DNA of 64,000 nt from an uncultured Saprospiraceae bacterium. Its GTDB lineage: Bacteria > Bacteroidota > Bacteroidia > Chitinophagales > Saprospiraceae. A model generated the notes under the pieces. That model did no database searches. It saw only the letters and a program-made list of their open reading frames with translations, and had not been told where the DNA came from. Shown one piece after another: positions 9,058 to 18,349 of the stretch (its first letter is position 1; each line of letters starts with the position of its first letter). A program made the position numbers and the translations under genes. Location: NCBI GenBank assembly GCA_964419545.1, contig CAYQQU010000029.1:68-64067 (forward strand). The letters run 5' to 3'.

Positions 9058-9435
9058 CTCTTGATCTTCCTCATCCCCCAGGACGCCCGTGCCGAAAGCG
9101 ACACTGGCGCAAGCCACTCTGCCGCCGAGGGGGGGCTGGAGCTTGCGCAGCTTTACCCGTACGCCGACGACGTCCTCGAAGTATTCGTTGAGCCGGTAGG
9201 CGATGCGCTGTACCACGGTTTCCAGTAGTTTGGCGGGTTTTTTCATCTCCGACTGGCAGATGAGGTAGATGGTCTCGTAGTTCACCGACTTGAAGAGGTC
9301 GTCCTGATTGGCGGCCTGGTTGATGTTCACCCGCACGTAGACGTCGAGCTCATAGTCCTGGCCCAGCTTGTTCTCTTCGGCGTAAAACCCGTGATATGCG
9401 TAAAGCTTGACCCCTTCCAGGGCGATGGTGGCCAT
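9052..9435 (-). CDS. folB: Dihydroneopterin aldolase
   Basis: I start at the internal ATG (MATIALEGVKLYAYHGFYAEENKLGQ.YELDV). This is the classic FolB N-terminal pattern, and 127 aa is the normal size. Confidence 0.85.
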   Translation of the reverse strand: MATIALEGVKLYAYHGFYAEENKLGQDYELDVYVRVNINQAANQDDLFKSVNYETIYLICQSEMKKPAKLLETVVQRIAYRLNEYFEDVVGVRVKLRKLQPPLGGRVACASVAFGTGVLGDEEDQED

Positions 9436-9528
9436 AATTTTTTGCAGCAAAATACAAAACGCTGCGCAAGGCATGTCAAATTTGGGTCCCTTATCCCGCG
9501 GCAAATAGTAAGATTGGGCCTAAATGCG

Positions 9529-9536
9529 TACTTTTG
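9529..9536 (+). promoter_or_regulatory. Candidate Bacteroidota -7 promoter element (TAnnTTTG)
   Basis: TACTTTTG lies 28 nt upstream of the ATG at 9564. No convincing -33 TTG is present. Confidence 0.3.
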
Positions 9537-9563
9537 CTTTATTCCTAACCAAAAAGGAAATGA

Positions 9564-10787
9564 ATGGAAAACTATAGCAACGGCGCGCAGCAGACGATCG
9601 AGAAAAAAGCCCGGGAAGACCGCTTTCAGGGCCACGATTATTACCTCATCGACGAGCTGCTGGAGGACGACCACAAGCTTGCGCGCGACGCCGTGCGCAC
9701 CTGGGTCAAGCAGGAAGTGTCGCCCATCATTGAAGAATATGCCGAGCGGGCGGAATGCCCCATGCACCTCTACCAGGGGCTGGCCGAAATCGGCGCTTAC
9801 GGCCCGAGCCTCCCCGTGGAATACGGCGGCGGCGGCATGGACGAAATGGCCTACGGTCTGATCATGCAGGAACTCGAAAGAGGCGATTCCGGCATCCGTT
9901 CCATGGCGTCGGTGCAGGGGTCGCTGGTCATGTATCCCATCTATAAATTCGGCTCCGAAGCGCAACGCCGCAAATACCTGCCCAAGCTGGGCAGCGGCGA
10001 GTTCATCGGCTGCTTCGGCCTTACCGAACCCGACCACGGCTCCAACCCCGGAGGAATGGTTACCCATATTAAAGACGACGGCGACGCCTACATCCTCAAC
10101 GGCGCCAAGATGTGGATCACCAGCTCGCCGGTGGCTGACATTGCGGTCGTCTGGGCCAAAGACGAGGAAGGCAAAGTGCGCGGCCTGATCGTGGAAAAGG
10201 ACATGCCCGGCTTCTCGGCGCCCACAATCCACGGCAAATGGTCGTTGCGGGCCTCCATCACCGGCGAACTGGTCTTCGAAGACGTGCGCGTACCCAAAGC
10301 CAACCTGCTGCCGAACGTGCAAGGCCTCAAAGGGCCTCTCTCCTGCCTGTCTAAAGCCCGCTACGGCATTGCCTGGGGCGCGATCGGAGCGGCGCTCGAC
10401 TGCTACGACTCCGCCCTGCGCTATTCCCTGGAGCGCGTTCAGTTCGACAGACCCATCGCCGGGTTCCAGCTTACACAGAAAAAACTGGCCGAGATGATCA
10501 CCGAGATCACCAAAGCCCAGCTGCTGGCCTGGCGCCTCGGCGCCCTCGCCAACCAGGGCAAAGCGACGCCCGCACAGATCTCCATGGCCAAACGGAACAA
10601 CGTCCACATGGCTCTCGAGGTCGCCCGCGAGGCGCGTCAGATCCACGGAGGCATGGGCATCACCAATGAGTATCCGGTAATGCGCCACATGATGAACCTC
10701 GAAACCGTGCTGACCTACGAAGGCACCCACGATATTCACCTGTTGATTACCGGCTACGACGTCACCGGTATCAACGCGTTTAAATAA
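9564..10787 (+). CDS. Acyl-CoA dehydrogenase, glutaryl-CoA dehydrogenase-like
   Basis: 407 aa. Blocks GCFGLTEPDHGSNPGGM, NGAKMWITSSP and IHGGMGIT..YPVMRH are present, with YEGT.DIH near the C-terminus. Confidence 0.9.
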   Translation: MENYSNGAQQTIEKKAREDRFQGHDYYLIDELLEDDHKLARDAVRTWVKQEVSPIIEEYAERAECPMHLYQGLAEIGAYGPSLPVEYGGGGMDEMAYGLIMQELERGDSGIRSMASVQGSLVMYPIYKFGSEAQRRKYLPKLGSGEFIGCFGLTEPDHGSNPGGMVTHIKDDGDAYILNGAKMWITSSPVADIAVVWAKDEEGKVRGLIVEKDMPGFSAPTIHGKWSLRASITGELVFEDVRVPKANLLPNVQGLKGPLSCLSKARYGIAWGAIGAALDCYDSALRYSLERVQFDRPIAGFQLTQKKLAEMITEITKAQLLAWRLGALANQGKATPAQISMAKRNNVHMALEVAREARQIHGGMGITNEYPVMRHMMNLETVLTYEGTHDIHLLITGYDVTGINAFK

Positions 10788-11122
10788 AGATCACAGAGCG
10801 GCGCCGGGCCGACTGCCTGCAGCGCCTCCTCTTGCCTGGAACCCCTCTCTGTGCTTTCCTTGGACCTTCGATCGAAGCGGATGCAAAACCGCCGCGGGCT
10901 CTTAAGAAAGCGTTAATATCTTTGCCCCGGATCAGGTTTTTCGGCCAATTCTAGTATTTTCATATTAGTTGCCGGCTAATCTGACCCCGGAGACGCCTCT
11001 TTTCTGTCCGAAGTAGCCCGAAAATGTACTCGTGAAAGGAGTAGACGCCTATATTTTCGCGGACAGCAAAACAAATTGAGGGAGTTATTTCGTTAATTGC
11101 TTTGTAACACAACCGTTGATTT

Positions 11123-12325
11123 ATGAGGAAGCGCATTTCTGCATTGCTGCCAGTATTGTTGCCGCTCTTTTTTTCTTACGCGTGGGGCCAGAGCGGCGAC
11201 ACCATCTTTCTGACCAATCCCTCCTTCGAAGATATGCCGCGGCACAGCAAACCGCCGCGCGCCTGGGAAGACTGCGGGTTCGTGGGCGAAACCCCGCCCG
11301 ACGTGCAGCCGAGCGGTGAGTTCGGCGTCACGCGCCCGGCTTACGAAGGAAAGACCTACCTGGGCATGGTGGTGCGCGATAACGATACCTGGGAGGCCGT
11401 CTCCCAAAGAATAAGCCGCCCCATGCGCAAAGGCCAGTGCTACGAGTTCCGCCTGTATCTCGCCCGCTCGCCCATGTACGTCAGCGTAAGCCGCCGCACC
11501 GACGAGACGGCCAATTACGTCAAGCCGGCCAAAGTCAGGGTTTACGGTGGCTTCGATTACTGCGACAAGCAATACCAACTCGACGAAACGGTGCTGATCG
11601 AAAACGACGAGTGGAAAGAATACCGCTTTAAGCTCGAACCCATCGCTAATTACACCCACCTCATCATCGAAGCTTTTTACCAAACGCCAACCCTCTTTCC
11701 TTATAACGGCAACGTGCTGGTGGATATGGCTTCGGCGCTGGTGCCTATCGATTGCGATCAGCCGGTGACCGACGCCCCGCTGCCGCCGCCTGTGCGCACC
11801 GAACCGGAGGAAGAACTGCTCACCGAGCGCACGCCCGCGCCGCCCCGCCGTCCTTCGCCGCCGCCCGTTCGCACCCTCGACGAAAAGCCGAAAGCACCCG
11901 CCGTACAGCCGGATACCAAACCCGCAGAAGAAGAAGTCACCATCGCCGGCCTGACCCGCGCCGAATTACGCGAAGGGACTACCATCCGCATCGACCGGCT
12001 CTACTTCGAAGCCGACTCTTCCATGATCACCACCACCTCTTTCGAGGTGCTTGACGAAATCTACCGTTTTCTGAACAAAAATTCCGATGTCGTTATCGAG
12101 ATCGGCGGACATACCAACGGGCTGCCGCCCCACGACTACTGCGACCGCCTCTCGCGCGACCGCGCCAAAGCCGTGGCCGAATACCTGGTCTCGAAAGGCA
12201 TCGATCGCAATCGCCTCCAATACAAAGGCTACGGCAAACGCGATCCCATCGCGGATAACGATACGGCTGAAGGCAGGCGGCTGAACCAAAGAGTGGAAAT
12301 CAAGATACTCGGCTTTGACGGCTGA
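11123..12325 (+). CDS. OmpA-family protein with a Pro-rich linker
   Basis: 400 aa: signal peptide, N-terminal beta domain, PPPVRTEPEE...PPRRPSPPPV linker and C-terminal OmpA domain (IEIGGHTN...RLS.DRAKAV..YL...GI...RL...GYG...P.A.N.T..GR..NQRVE). Confidence 0.9.
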   Translation: MRKRISALLPVLLPLFFSYAWGQSGDTIFLTNPSFEDMPRHSKPPRAWEDCGFVGETPPDVQPSGEFGVTRPAYEGKTYLGMVVRDNDTWEAVSQRISRPMRKGQCYEFRLYLARSPMYVSVSRRTDETANYVKPAKVRVYGGFDYCDKQYQLDETVLIENDEWKEYRFKLEPIANYTHLIIEAFYQTPTLFPYNGNVLVDMASALVPIDCDQPVTDAPLPPPVRTEPEEELLTERTPAPPRRPSPPPVRTLDEKPKAPAVQPDTKPAEEEVTIAGLTRAELREGTTIRIDRLYFEADSSMITTTSFEVLDEIYRFLNKNSDVVIEIGGHTNGLPPHDYCDRLSRDRAKAVAEYLVSKGIDRNRLQYKGYGKRDPIADNDTAEGRRLNQRVEIKILGFDG

Positions 12326-12439
12326 TCTGCTGTTTTCTCCCGGGGCTGCCAGGAGGTGATTAATCCGGAAAAAAGGCGCCGCTGATGGAAAAGACTAGGC
12401 TCGAGTGAATGGCCGCCCGGTTGTTGAAACCTCCCCGGT

Positions 12440-13690
12440 TCATTGCTGCGCGACCACAAAGCCCAGTTTTTGCAGGTCATCCCAAAAATCGGGATAAGAC
12501 TTCACCACCACCATCGGATCTTCGATCTCGACGGGGCCCAGCAGCGCCAGCGGCGCGAACGCCATAGCCATGCGGTGATCCTCGTAAGTGGCGAAGCGCG
12601 GCGGGTATCGAAGGTCGGCCTTCCCTTCCAGGAGGTAGAACTTTTTGTCGGAACGGCCGGCGAGGCGAGGAGGGAGTTCGGAAAAAAAGACCTGCACTTT
12701 CATCAGTTCTTTCTGCAGCGCATCGATGCGGTCCGTTTCCTTGATGCGCAGCGTTTTTAATCCACTGAACACCCCGCGCACCCCGAGCCCGCCGCAGATA
12801 ACGGCCAGTGTCTGCGCCAGGTCGGGGCACCGCAGAAAATCGCGTTCGAACAGTTGGGCCGGCTCTCCCGTACGCGTCAAACGCACGCCTTGCTCGTTGA
12901 AGGTCGACCGGAGCCCGAAACGCGCCGTCATTTCGGTGAGTATGGCGTCGCCCTGTACGCTTTCGGAAAATAATCCGTTGAGCTGCAGGTCGACTGTTTC
13001 GCCGAAAGCAGCCATGGCGTAGTAGTAGGAAGCGGCCGACCAGTCGGCTTCAACCGTGAAGGGACGGGCCTGGTAAGCCTGGGGCGGCACGCGGATGTGA
13101 GGACCCTCCCAGGAGTGGTCGACCCCGAAGTAGCGCATCAGGTTCAGCGTCATTTCGATGTAGGGGCGCGAAACGATTTCGCCCTCGAGTTCCAGGGTCA
13201 GGCCGCCCGGCAGCACCGGAGCGATCATCAGCAGTGCGGAGATGTACTGGCTGCTGGTGTCGGCCGGGATAGCGAGCCGGTCGGTGCGGCCCATGGTGGT
13301 TGCTTCCCCGATCCGCAGCGGCGGATAGCCTTCCCGTTCCAGGTATTCGATGCGGGCGCCCAGGGTGCGCAGGGCTTCCACCAGCAGGCCGATGGGGCGC
13401 TGTTTCATGCGTTGGGTCCCGGTCAGGATCTGGACGCCGGGTTGCAGGGCAAAGTAAGCGGTCAGAAACCGAAAGGTGGTGCCCGCCGGCCCGGCGTTCC
13501 GCTCTTCGGTCTCGCTGTTCAGCAGTTCCTGAAGCAGGCGGGTGTCATTGGCGTTGGCCAGGCGTTCGATGGGAAAGGGCTGTTCGCAAAGTGCGCGAAT
13601 GAGGAGCGCGCGGTTGCTGATGCTCTTGGAACCGGCCAGGTCGATGGCCCCGACGAGCCGCCGGTCGGGTCTGCTGATGCGATAGATCAT
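12440..13690 (-). CDS. aroA: 3-phosphoshikimate 1-carboxyvinyltransferase (EPSP synthase)
   Basis: I start at the internal ATG (MIYRISRPDRRLVGAIDLAGSKSISNRALLI). The 88 codons upstream of this ATG in the 504-aa track ORF are Arg/Pro-rich and unlike any protein I know. Confidence 0.9.
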   Translation of the reverse strand: MIYRISRPDRRLVGAIDLAGSKSISNRALLIRALCEQPFPIERLANANDTRLLQELLNSETEERNAGPAGTTFRFLTAYFALQPGVQILTGTQRMKQRPIGLLVEALRTLGARIEYLEREGYPPLRIGEATTMGRTDRLAIPADTSSQYISALLMIAPVLPGGLTLELEGEIVSRPYIEMTLNLMRYFGVDHSWEGPHIRVPPQAYQARPFTVEADWSAASYYYAMAAFGETVDLQLNGLFSESVQGDAILTEMTARFGLRSTFNEQGVRLTRTGEPAQLFERDFLRCPDLAQTLAVICGGLGVRGVFSGLKTLRIKETDRIDALQKELMKVQVFFSELPPRLAGRSDKKFYLLEGKADLRYPPRFATYEDHRMAMAFAPLALLGPVEIEDPMVVVKSYPDFWDDLQKLGFVVAQQ

Positions 13691-13950
13691 TTCTGGAGTA
13701 ATATTTTCGCCAAGGTGGCTGTATAGTTGGGGCCGGCAGGCAGTAGGCGGCGCCGGCGCACGGATAGGTCGTTCGGGGTGCGCCCGGAAATAAATGATCC
13801 CCCGGCCTGACAAAGTTAGCGGGAAAATCCGGCAGCGCGCATTCGAAACCTGGTTTTCGCTGCAAGCGATCTTCTTACGGACAAGCTCGCCGGCAAAGAA
13901 CGGTCGCCGAAAAAAGTTATTCCCGCCGGAGCGGGGGCCATTCCCGGCGA

Positions 13951-14136
13951 TCAATCCACTAGATCCCGGTATTGGCTGGCCACTTCGCGCGAGGTCTTAT
14001 CCTTTTCCGGCGAGGTCGGGGTCGCCCCTTCCCGCAGCGGCGTGATCTGTTCGATAACGCCCAGGTTGCGCAGGTTTTCCAGAATCTGGACAACCGCTTT
14101 TTCTTTGGTGCTGTCGACGGTGATGACAAACTGCAT
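13951..14136 (-). CDS. Hypothetical small protein (61 aa)
   Basis: MQFVITVDSTKEKAVVQILENLRNLGVIEQI... starts 11 nt downstream of the phoH stop. The coding-like composition is the only support. Confidence 0.4.
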   Translation of the reverse strand: MQFVITVDSTKEKAVVQILENLRNLGVIEQITPLREGATPTSPEKDKTSREVASQYRDLVD

Positions 14137-14147
14137 ACAAGTAGAAT

Positions 14148-15137
14148 TTATTCTTCTTCGTCCCCTTTTTTCCGACGCTGGCGTTTGGCTTCGTCCGATT
14201 TTTCGTACGCGTGGATGATTTCCTTGACCAGGCGGTGGCGCACCACGTCGGTGGCGTCGAGGTAAATGGCCTCGATGCCGCTGAGCGGTTCCAGCAGGTC
14301 GATGGCGCGGCGCAGTCCCGATTTTTGGTGAAACGGCAGGTCGACCTGCGACAGGTCGCCGGTGATGATGCATTTAGCCGAAGGCCCGAGTCGGGTCAGG
14401 AACATTTTGAGCTGCATGGTCGAGCAGTTCTGTGCTTCGTCCAGGATAATGAAGGCGTTGTCGAGCGTCCGGCCCCGCATAAAAGCGAGGGGGGCGATCT
14501 CGATGACGCGGGTATCCATGAAGTGGGCCAGCTTTTCGGCGGGCAGCATATCGTCGAGCGCGTCGTAGAGCGGGCGCAGGTAAGGGTCGATTTTTTCCTT
14601 GAGGTCGCCGGGCAGGAAGCCGAGGCTCTCGCCGGCCTCGACCGCCGGGCGGGTCAGGATGATCTTTTTGACCAGCCGGTTGCGCAGGGCCTGCACGGCC
14701 AGGGCTACGGCCGTATAGGTTTTGCCGGTGCCGGCAGGGCCGACGGCGAAGACGATATCGTTTTCGGCGGAAGCATGAATGAGCTTCTTCTGGTTGCGGG
14801 TTTTGGCCCGGATGGGTTTGCCGTCGCGACCGTAAAGGATAATCTTATTGTCTTTGCCGTTGCCCAGGCGCGTATCGAAGGGGTTGGTGCCCGCCATCAG
14901 GTCTTCCACCACCTGCATGGGCAACTCCCGGTGCTCGCGCAGCAGGCGCACCATCAGTTCGAATTTGTTCTTTACCTTTTGCGTGTACTTTTTGTCGCCG
15001 GCGATCTTTAAGCTGTTGCCGCGGGAGGTGATGGTGACTTCCGGGTAAGCTTCTTTCAGCAGGTTGAGTTTGGCGTTGTTTTGTCCGTAGAGTTCGACCG
15101 GGTCGACTCCGTCAACGGTTAAAATGATCTCGCTCAA
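14148..15137 (-). CDS. phoH: PhoH-family ATPase
   Basis: Walker A motif GPAGTGKT and the blocks RPAVEAGE.LGFLPGDL and IILDEAQN are present. Homology to PhoH proteins begins at SEIILTVDG, so I favour the TTG at 15137. The track ORF extends to an ATG at 15254. Confidence 0.85.
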   Translation of the reverse strand: MSEIILTVDGVDPVELYGQNNAKLNLLKEAYPEVTITSRGNSLKIAGDKKYTQKVKNKFELMVRLLREHRELPMQVVEDLMAGTNPFDTRLGNGKDNKIILYGRDGKPIRAKTRNQKKLIHASAENDIVFAVGPAGTGKTYTAVALAVQALRNRLVKKIILTRPAVEAGESLGFLPGDLKEKIDPYLRPLYDALDDMLPAEKLAHFMDTRVIEIAPLAFMRGRTLDNAFIILDEAQNCSTMQLKMFLTRLGPSAKCIITGDLSQVDLPFHQKSGLRRAIDLLEPLSGIEAIYLDATDVVRHRLVKEIIHAYEKSDEAKRQRRKKGDEEE

Positions 15138-15345
15138 TATTTGGACCTCTGTTTGGTGAAAAATAGTAACCAAACAACCCCGAAGGCGGGCGAAAAGTTC
15201 TGTTCCTTTGGCTGGATATTCAAAGGGTTGATTATCAATAATAACAGAACACAAGGCCCGGCGCCTTCTGGCTTGCTCCGATCATTACAAAGGTAGGATT
15301 TTATTGGGATAAAATCATGGGCGGGACGTTGTGCCGGGCGTTTCC

Positions 15346-15353
15346 TATTTTTG
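15346..15353 (+). promoter_or_regulatory. Candidate -7 promoter element (TAnnTTTG)
   Basis: TATTTTTG lies 32 nt upstream of the ATG at 15385. Confidence 0.3.
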
Positions 15354-15384
15354 CGTCTGAAAATTAAAAATCCGGCAATACAGC

Positions 15385-16182
15385 ATGGGCATCGTCACTA
15401 TCACTTCTGACTTTGGGGGGAAAGATTACTACCTGGCGCGCATCAAGGGGGCGATACTGTGTGCGGCGCCGGACTGGCAGATCGTCGATGTAGCCCACGA
15501 CATTGACAACTACGATATCGTACAGGCGGCTTTCGTTTTCGGGCAGGCCTGGTCCAGTTTTCCCGAAGGTACGATCCACCTGGTCAGCGTCAACGATTTT
15601 CCGGTGCGCGACGGCCGGTTCGTGGCGATCCAGCGCCAGGGGCATTACTTTATCGGGCCCGACAACGGCCTTTTTTCACTGGTTTTTCAGGAATCTCTGC
15701 AGCAGGTGCGCGTGCTGCCGGCGCCCCGCGAAAGCCGGTTCCCCCTGAGCGCCATCTATGGCGAGGCGATCGGCCACCTCGCCGGCGGAGCGTCATTCGA
15801 TACCCTGGGGCGTCCGGCCGAAGGCATCGTGCAGCGCATCACTTTCCAACCGGTGATCAGCGCCTCTCAGATCCGCGGCTCGGTCATTTACATCGATAAC
15901 TTCGAGAATGCAGTGGTCAATATATCGAAGGAATTGTTTGAACAGGTGGGACGCGGACGGGCCTTCGCCCTGTATTTCAAACGCCACGAACCCCTGCGCA
16001 ACCTGGTGACGCACTTCCACGACGTAGGGGTAGGGGAGCCGCTTTGCCGGTTCAACTCGGCCGGATACCTCGAAATCGCCGTCAATATGGGCAGGGCCTG
16101 CACCCTGCTGGGCCTCAACGTCGAAGATATGGTGCAGATCGATTTCGAAGGCGTGGGCGCCCAGTCGATACTGTCCGAATAA
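15385..16182 (+). CDS. SAM hydroxide adenosyltransferase / SAM hydrolase family protein (DUF62)
   Basis: 265 aa. The N-terminus IVTITSDFGGKDYY....KG and HLVSV are typical of the DUF62 family. Confidence 0.8.
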   Translation: MGIVTITSDFGGKDYYLARIKGAILCAAPDWQIVDVAHDIDNYDIVQAAFVFGQAWSSFPEGTIHLVSVNDFPVRDGRFVAIQRQGHYFIGPDNGLFSLVFQESLQQVRVLPAPRESRFPLSAIYGEAIGHLAGGASFDTLGRPAEGIVQRITFQPVISASQIRGSVIYIDNFENAVVNISKELFEQVGRGRAFALYFKRHEPLRNLVTHFHDVGVGEPLCRFNSAGYLEIAVNMGRACTLLGLNVEDMVQIDFEGVGAQSILSE

Positions 16183-16201
16183 TCCGAGTTAAAAAACGAC
16201 C

Positions 16202-16507
16202 ATGATCAAACGGATTGTAAAAATGACTTTCAAGCCGGATCGGATCAACGATTTTTTGGCGGTTTTCGCGGAAAACAAAGATCGGATCCGCGCTTTTGAG
16301 GGATGCCGTTACGTCGCATTGCTGCGCTGTGAGGATCCCGATAATGTCTTTTTCACCTACAGCTTCTGGGAAAGCAAGGCCGCCCTGGAGCAATACCGCC
16401 GGTCCGACCTTTTTCGCAATACCTGGGCCCGCACCAAGGTGCTGTTCGACGGCCGGCCCGAAGCCTGGTCGACCGTCGAAGTGGCCCGGGGGAACGATCC
16501 GGAATAA
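16202..16507 (+). CDS. Antibiotic-biosynthesis-monooxygenase (ABM) domain protein
   Basis: 101 aa with a ferredoxin-like ABM pattern (FLAVF...IRAFEGC....LL......NVFFTYS.WES..ALE.YR.S..F). Confidence 0.7.
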   Translation: MIKRIVKMTFKPDRINDFLAVFAENKDRIRAFEGCRYVALLRCEDPDNVFFTYSFWESKAALEQYRRSDLFRNTWARTKVLFDGRPEAWSTVEVARGNDPE

Positions 16508-16518
16508 AATGAAGTAGC

Positions 16519-17616
16519 ATGAGCGCTGTTCTCGAATTGTCGAACTACCCCATTCACGTTGGCTCGCCATGGCCGGCTTTCCGGCGTATGCTGAGCGAGC
16601 GGGAATACTCGCAGCTGCTGGTGATCGCCGATCACAACACCCGCCGGCACTGCTGGCCCCTGTTGCGGGAAGCCTTGCCGGAAGCTGCGCTGCGCCCCAT
16701 CGTCGTACCGCCCGGCGAGCGGCGCAAAAACCTGGATACCTGCCGCTACATCTGGCAGGAGATGATGGCCGCCGGCGCCGACCGCCGCGCCCTCGTCATC
16801 AACCTCGGCGGCGGCGTGATCGGCGATATGGGCGGTTTTTGCGCCGGCACGTTCAAGCGCGGAGTAGACTTCGTACAGGTCCCGACTACCCTGCTCTCGC
16901 AGGTGGATGCTTCCATCGGCGGCAAACTGGGAATTGATTTCGGCGGTATCAAAAACAGCATCGGCCTTTTTGCCGACCCACAGGCCGTTTTTATCGATCC
17001 GGCTTTCCTGAAAACGCTGCCGCAGCGGGAGTTGCGCAGCGGCTTCGCGGAAATGGTGAAACACGCGCTGATCGCCGACTCCGGGCATTGGCGGCAACTG
17101 CAGGCCCTCGCTGACCTGGAGCAGGTCGACTGGCCGGCGCTGCTGCTGCCGTCCCTGCGCATCAAGCAACGCATTGTCGAGGCCGACCCCTATGAACACG
17201 GGCTCCGCAAAGCGCTCAACTTCGGGCATACCATCGGCCATGCCGTGGAAGGGCTGGCGCTGCAATCGGATCTGCCCCTCCTGCACGGAGAAGCCGTGGC
17301 CGTCGGTATGGTCGCAGAAGCCTGGCTCTCCCATCGGGAAAAACTCCTTTCCGCCGGGGCGCTGCAGGCCGTTGTCGAACTGATCTTCCGCCATTTCGGG
17401 AAGGTGGCCTTGCAGCGCGACGATTACCCTCGCTACCACGAACTGATGCGCAACGACAAGAAAAACGAAGGCGGGCAGGTGCTGTTCAGCCTCATCGGCC
17501 CTCTGGGCGCGGCCTGCATCAATCGCCCCGTGCCGGCGCCGTTAATTGAAGAGGCCCTCGATTATTACCAAAAAACACCTCTATTTAAGAACAAAATCGC
17601 TCCTGGCAGGTTATAG
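16519..17616 (+). CDS. aroB: 3-dehydroquinate synthase
   Basis: 365 aa. Blocks LGGGVIGDMGGF.A.T..RG..F.QVPTTLL.QVD.S.GGK and HGEAVA.GM are present. Confidence 0.9.
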   Translation: MSAVLELSNYPIHVGSPWPAFRRMLSEREYSQLLVIADHNTRRHCWPLLREALPEAALRPIVVPPGERRKNLDTCRYIWQEMMAAGADRRALVINLGGGVIGDMGGFCAGTFKRGVDFVQVPTTLLSQVDASIGGKLGIDFGGIKNSIGLFADPQAVFIDPAFLKTLPQRELRSGFAEMVKHALIADSGHWRQLQALADLEQVDWPALLLPSLRIKQRIVEADPYEHGLRKALNFGHTIGHAVEGLALQSDLPLLHGEAVAVGMVAEAWLSHREKLLSAGALQAVVELIFRHFGKVALQRDDYPRYHELMRNDKKNEGGQVLFSLIGPLGAACINRPVPAPLIEEALDYYQKTPLFKNKIAPGRL

Positions 17617-17699
17617 TACCTATCATTGTCTGCCCCGACCCTGCCTGACACCCTTGTCGAGAAGTCAGGAAAAACCCATACGCAAAAATCGCCCGTACA

Positions 17700-18140
17700 A
17701 TGAAAAGCCTGTTGTTTCTCGCTTTTTTCTCCCTCCTCATAGCTGTCGACGGCCAGGTGCCGCAGGCCGTTCAGGAACGATTCGCCAAAATGTTTCCGAA
17801 AGCGGAAGAAGTGCGCTGGAGCGTTCAGGATGAACGCCACGTCGCTACCTTCAAGCACTATCGCAGCCTTAAAAAAGCCCTCTTCGCCCAGGACGGCAAC
17901 TGGCTGGAAACGCATATCCAACGCCCCCTTTGGTCGTGCCCCGATCCGGTTATCGCTTACGTCGAGCTGAATCACAAGGAAGCCGCCGTCACTGCGGCAG
18001 CTAAGGTGATTCTCGAAGAAGACCGCTTCTACCGCGTAGAAGTCGAATATCCGGAAAAAGTAGTCGTCCTGGACCTCAACGAAGGAGGCTATTTGCTCGA
18101 CGAGCAGGTGATTCCGTTTACTTTCGAGCTGGATTTTTAA
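17700..18140 (+). CDS. PepSY-like (DUF2874-type) secreted protein
   Basis: 146 aa with the signal peptide MKSLLFLAFFSLLIAVDGQ. The pattern VP.AV...F..MFP.A..V.W, ...FYRVEVE is similar to 7184-7681. Confidence 0.55.
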   Translation: MKSLLFLAFFSLLIAVDGQVPQAVQERFAKMFPKAEEVRWSVQDERHVATFKHYRSLKKALFAQDGNWLETHIQRPLWSCPDPVIAYVELNHKEAAVTAAAKVILEEDRFYRVEVEYPEKVVVLDLNEGGYLLDEQVIPFTFELDF

Positions 18141-18229
18141 ACTGCGAAGCCGCGTTCTGTACTCTTCCCGTCTGATCTTTCCCAGGTATAAATTTTACCG
18201 GCCCTTGCGTTCGGCTTCCGTATTCGGCG

Positions 18230-18237
18230 TATCTTTG
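18230..18237 (+). promoter_or_regulatory. Candidate -7 promoter element (TAnnTTTG)
   Basis: TATCTTTG lies about 113 nt upstream of the PBP1A start. The long leader lowers my confidence. Confidence 0.25.
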
Positions 18238-18349
18238 CAATAATTTCGCTCACCGGCAGCGTTATTATGAGAATGGGCAAAACGGGGGGTGATCTGTATT
18301 ATCCACCTGCTTCCAACAAGCCCTTTTACTGCGCAATAAAAAGAAACGT

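Noticed and set aside
12440-13954. Long N-terminal extensions of track ORFs: aroA 504 aa, 52556-53803 415 aa, 56979-60002 1007 aa, 1251-2012, 2739-3362 and 39037-42180.
   Set aside because: Homology, or a signal peptide, begins at an internal start codon in each case. The upstream parts are Arg/Pro/Gly-rich or cross repeats, hairpins or the IS end. I report the shorter gene models.
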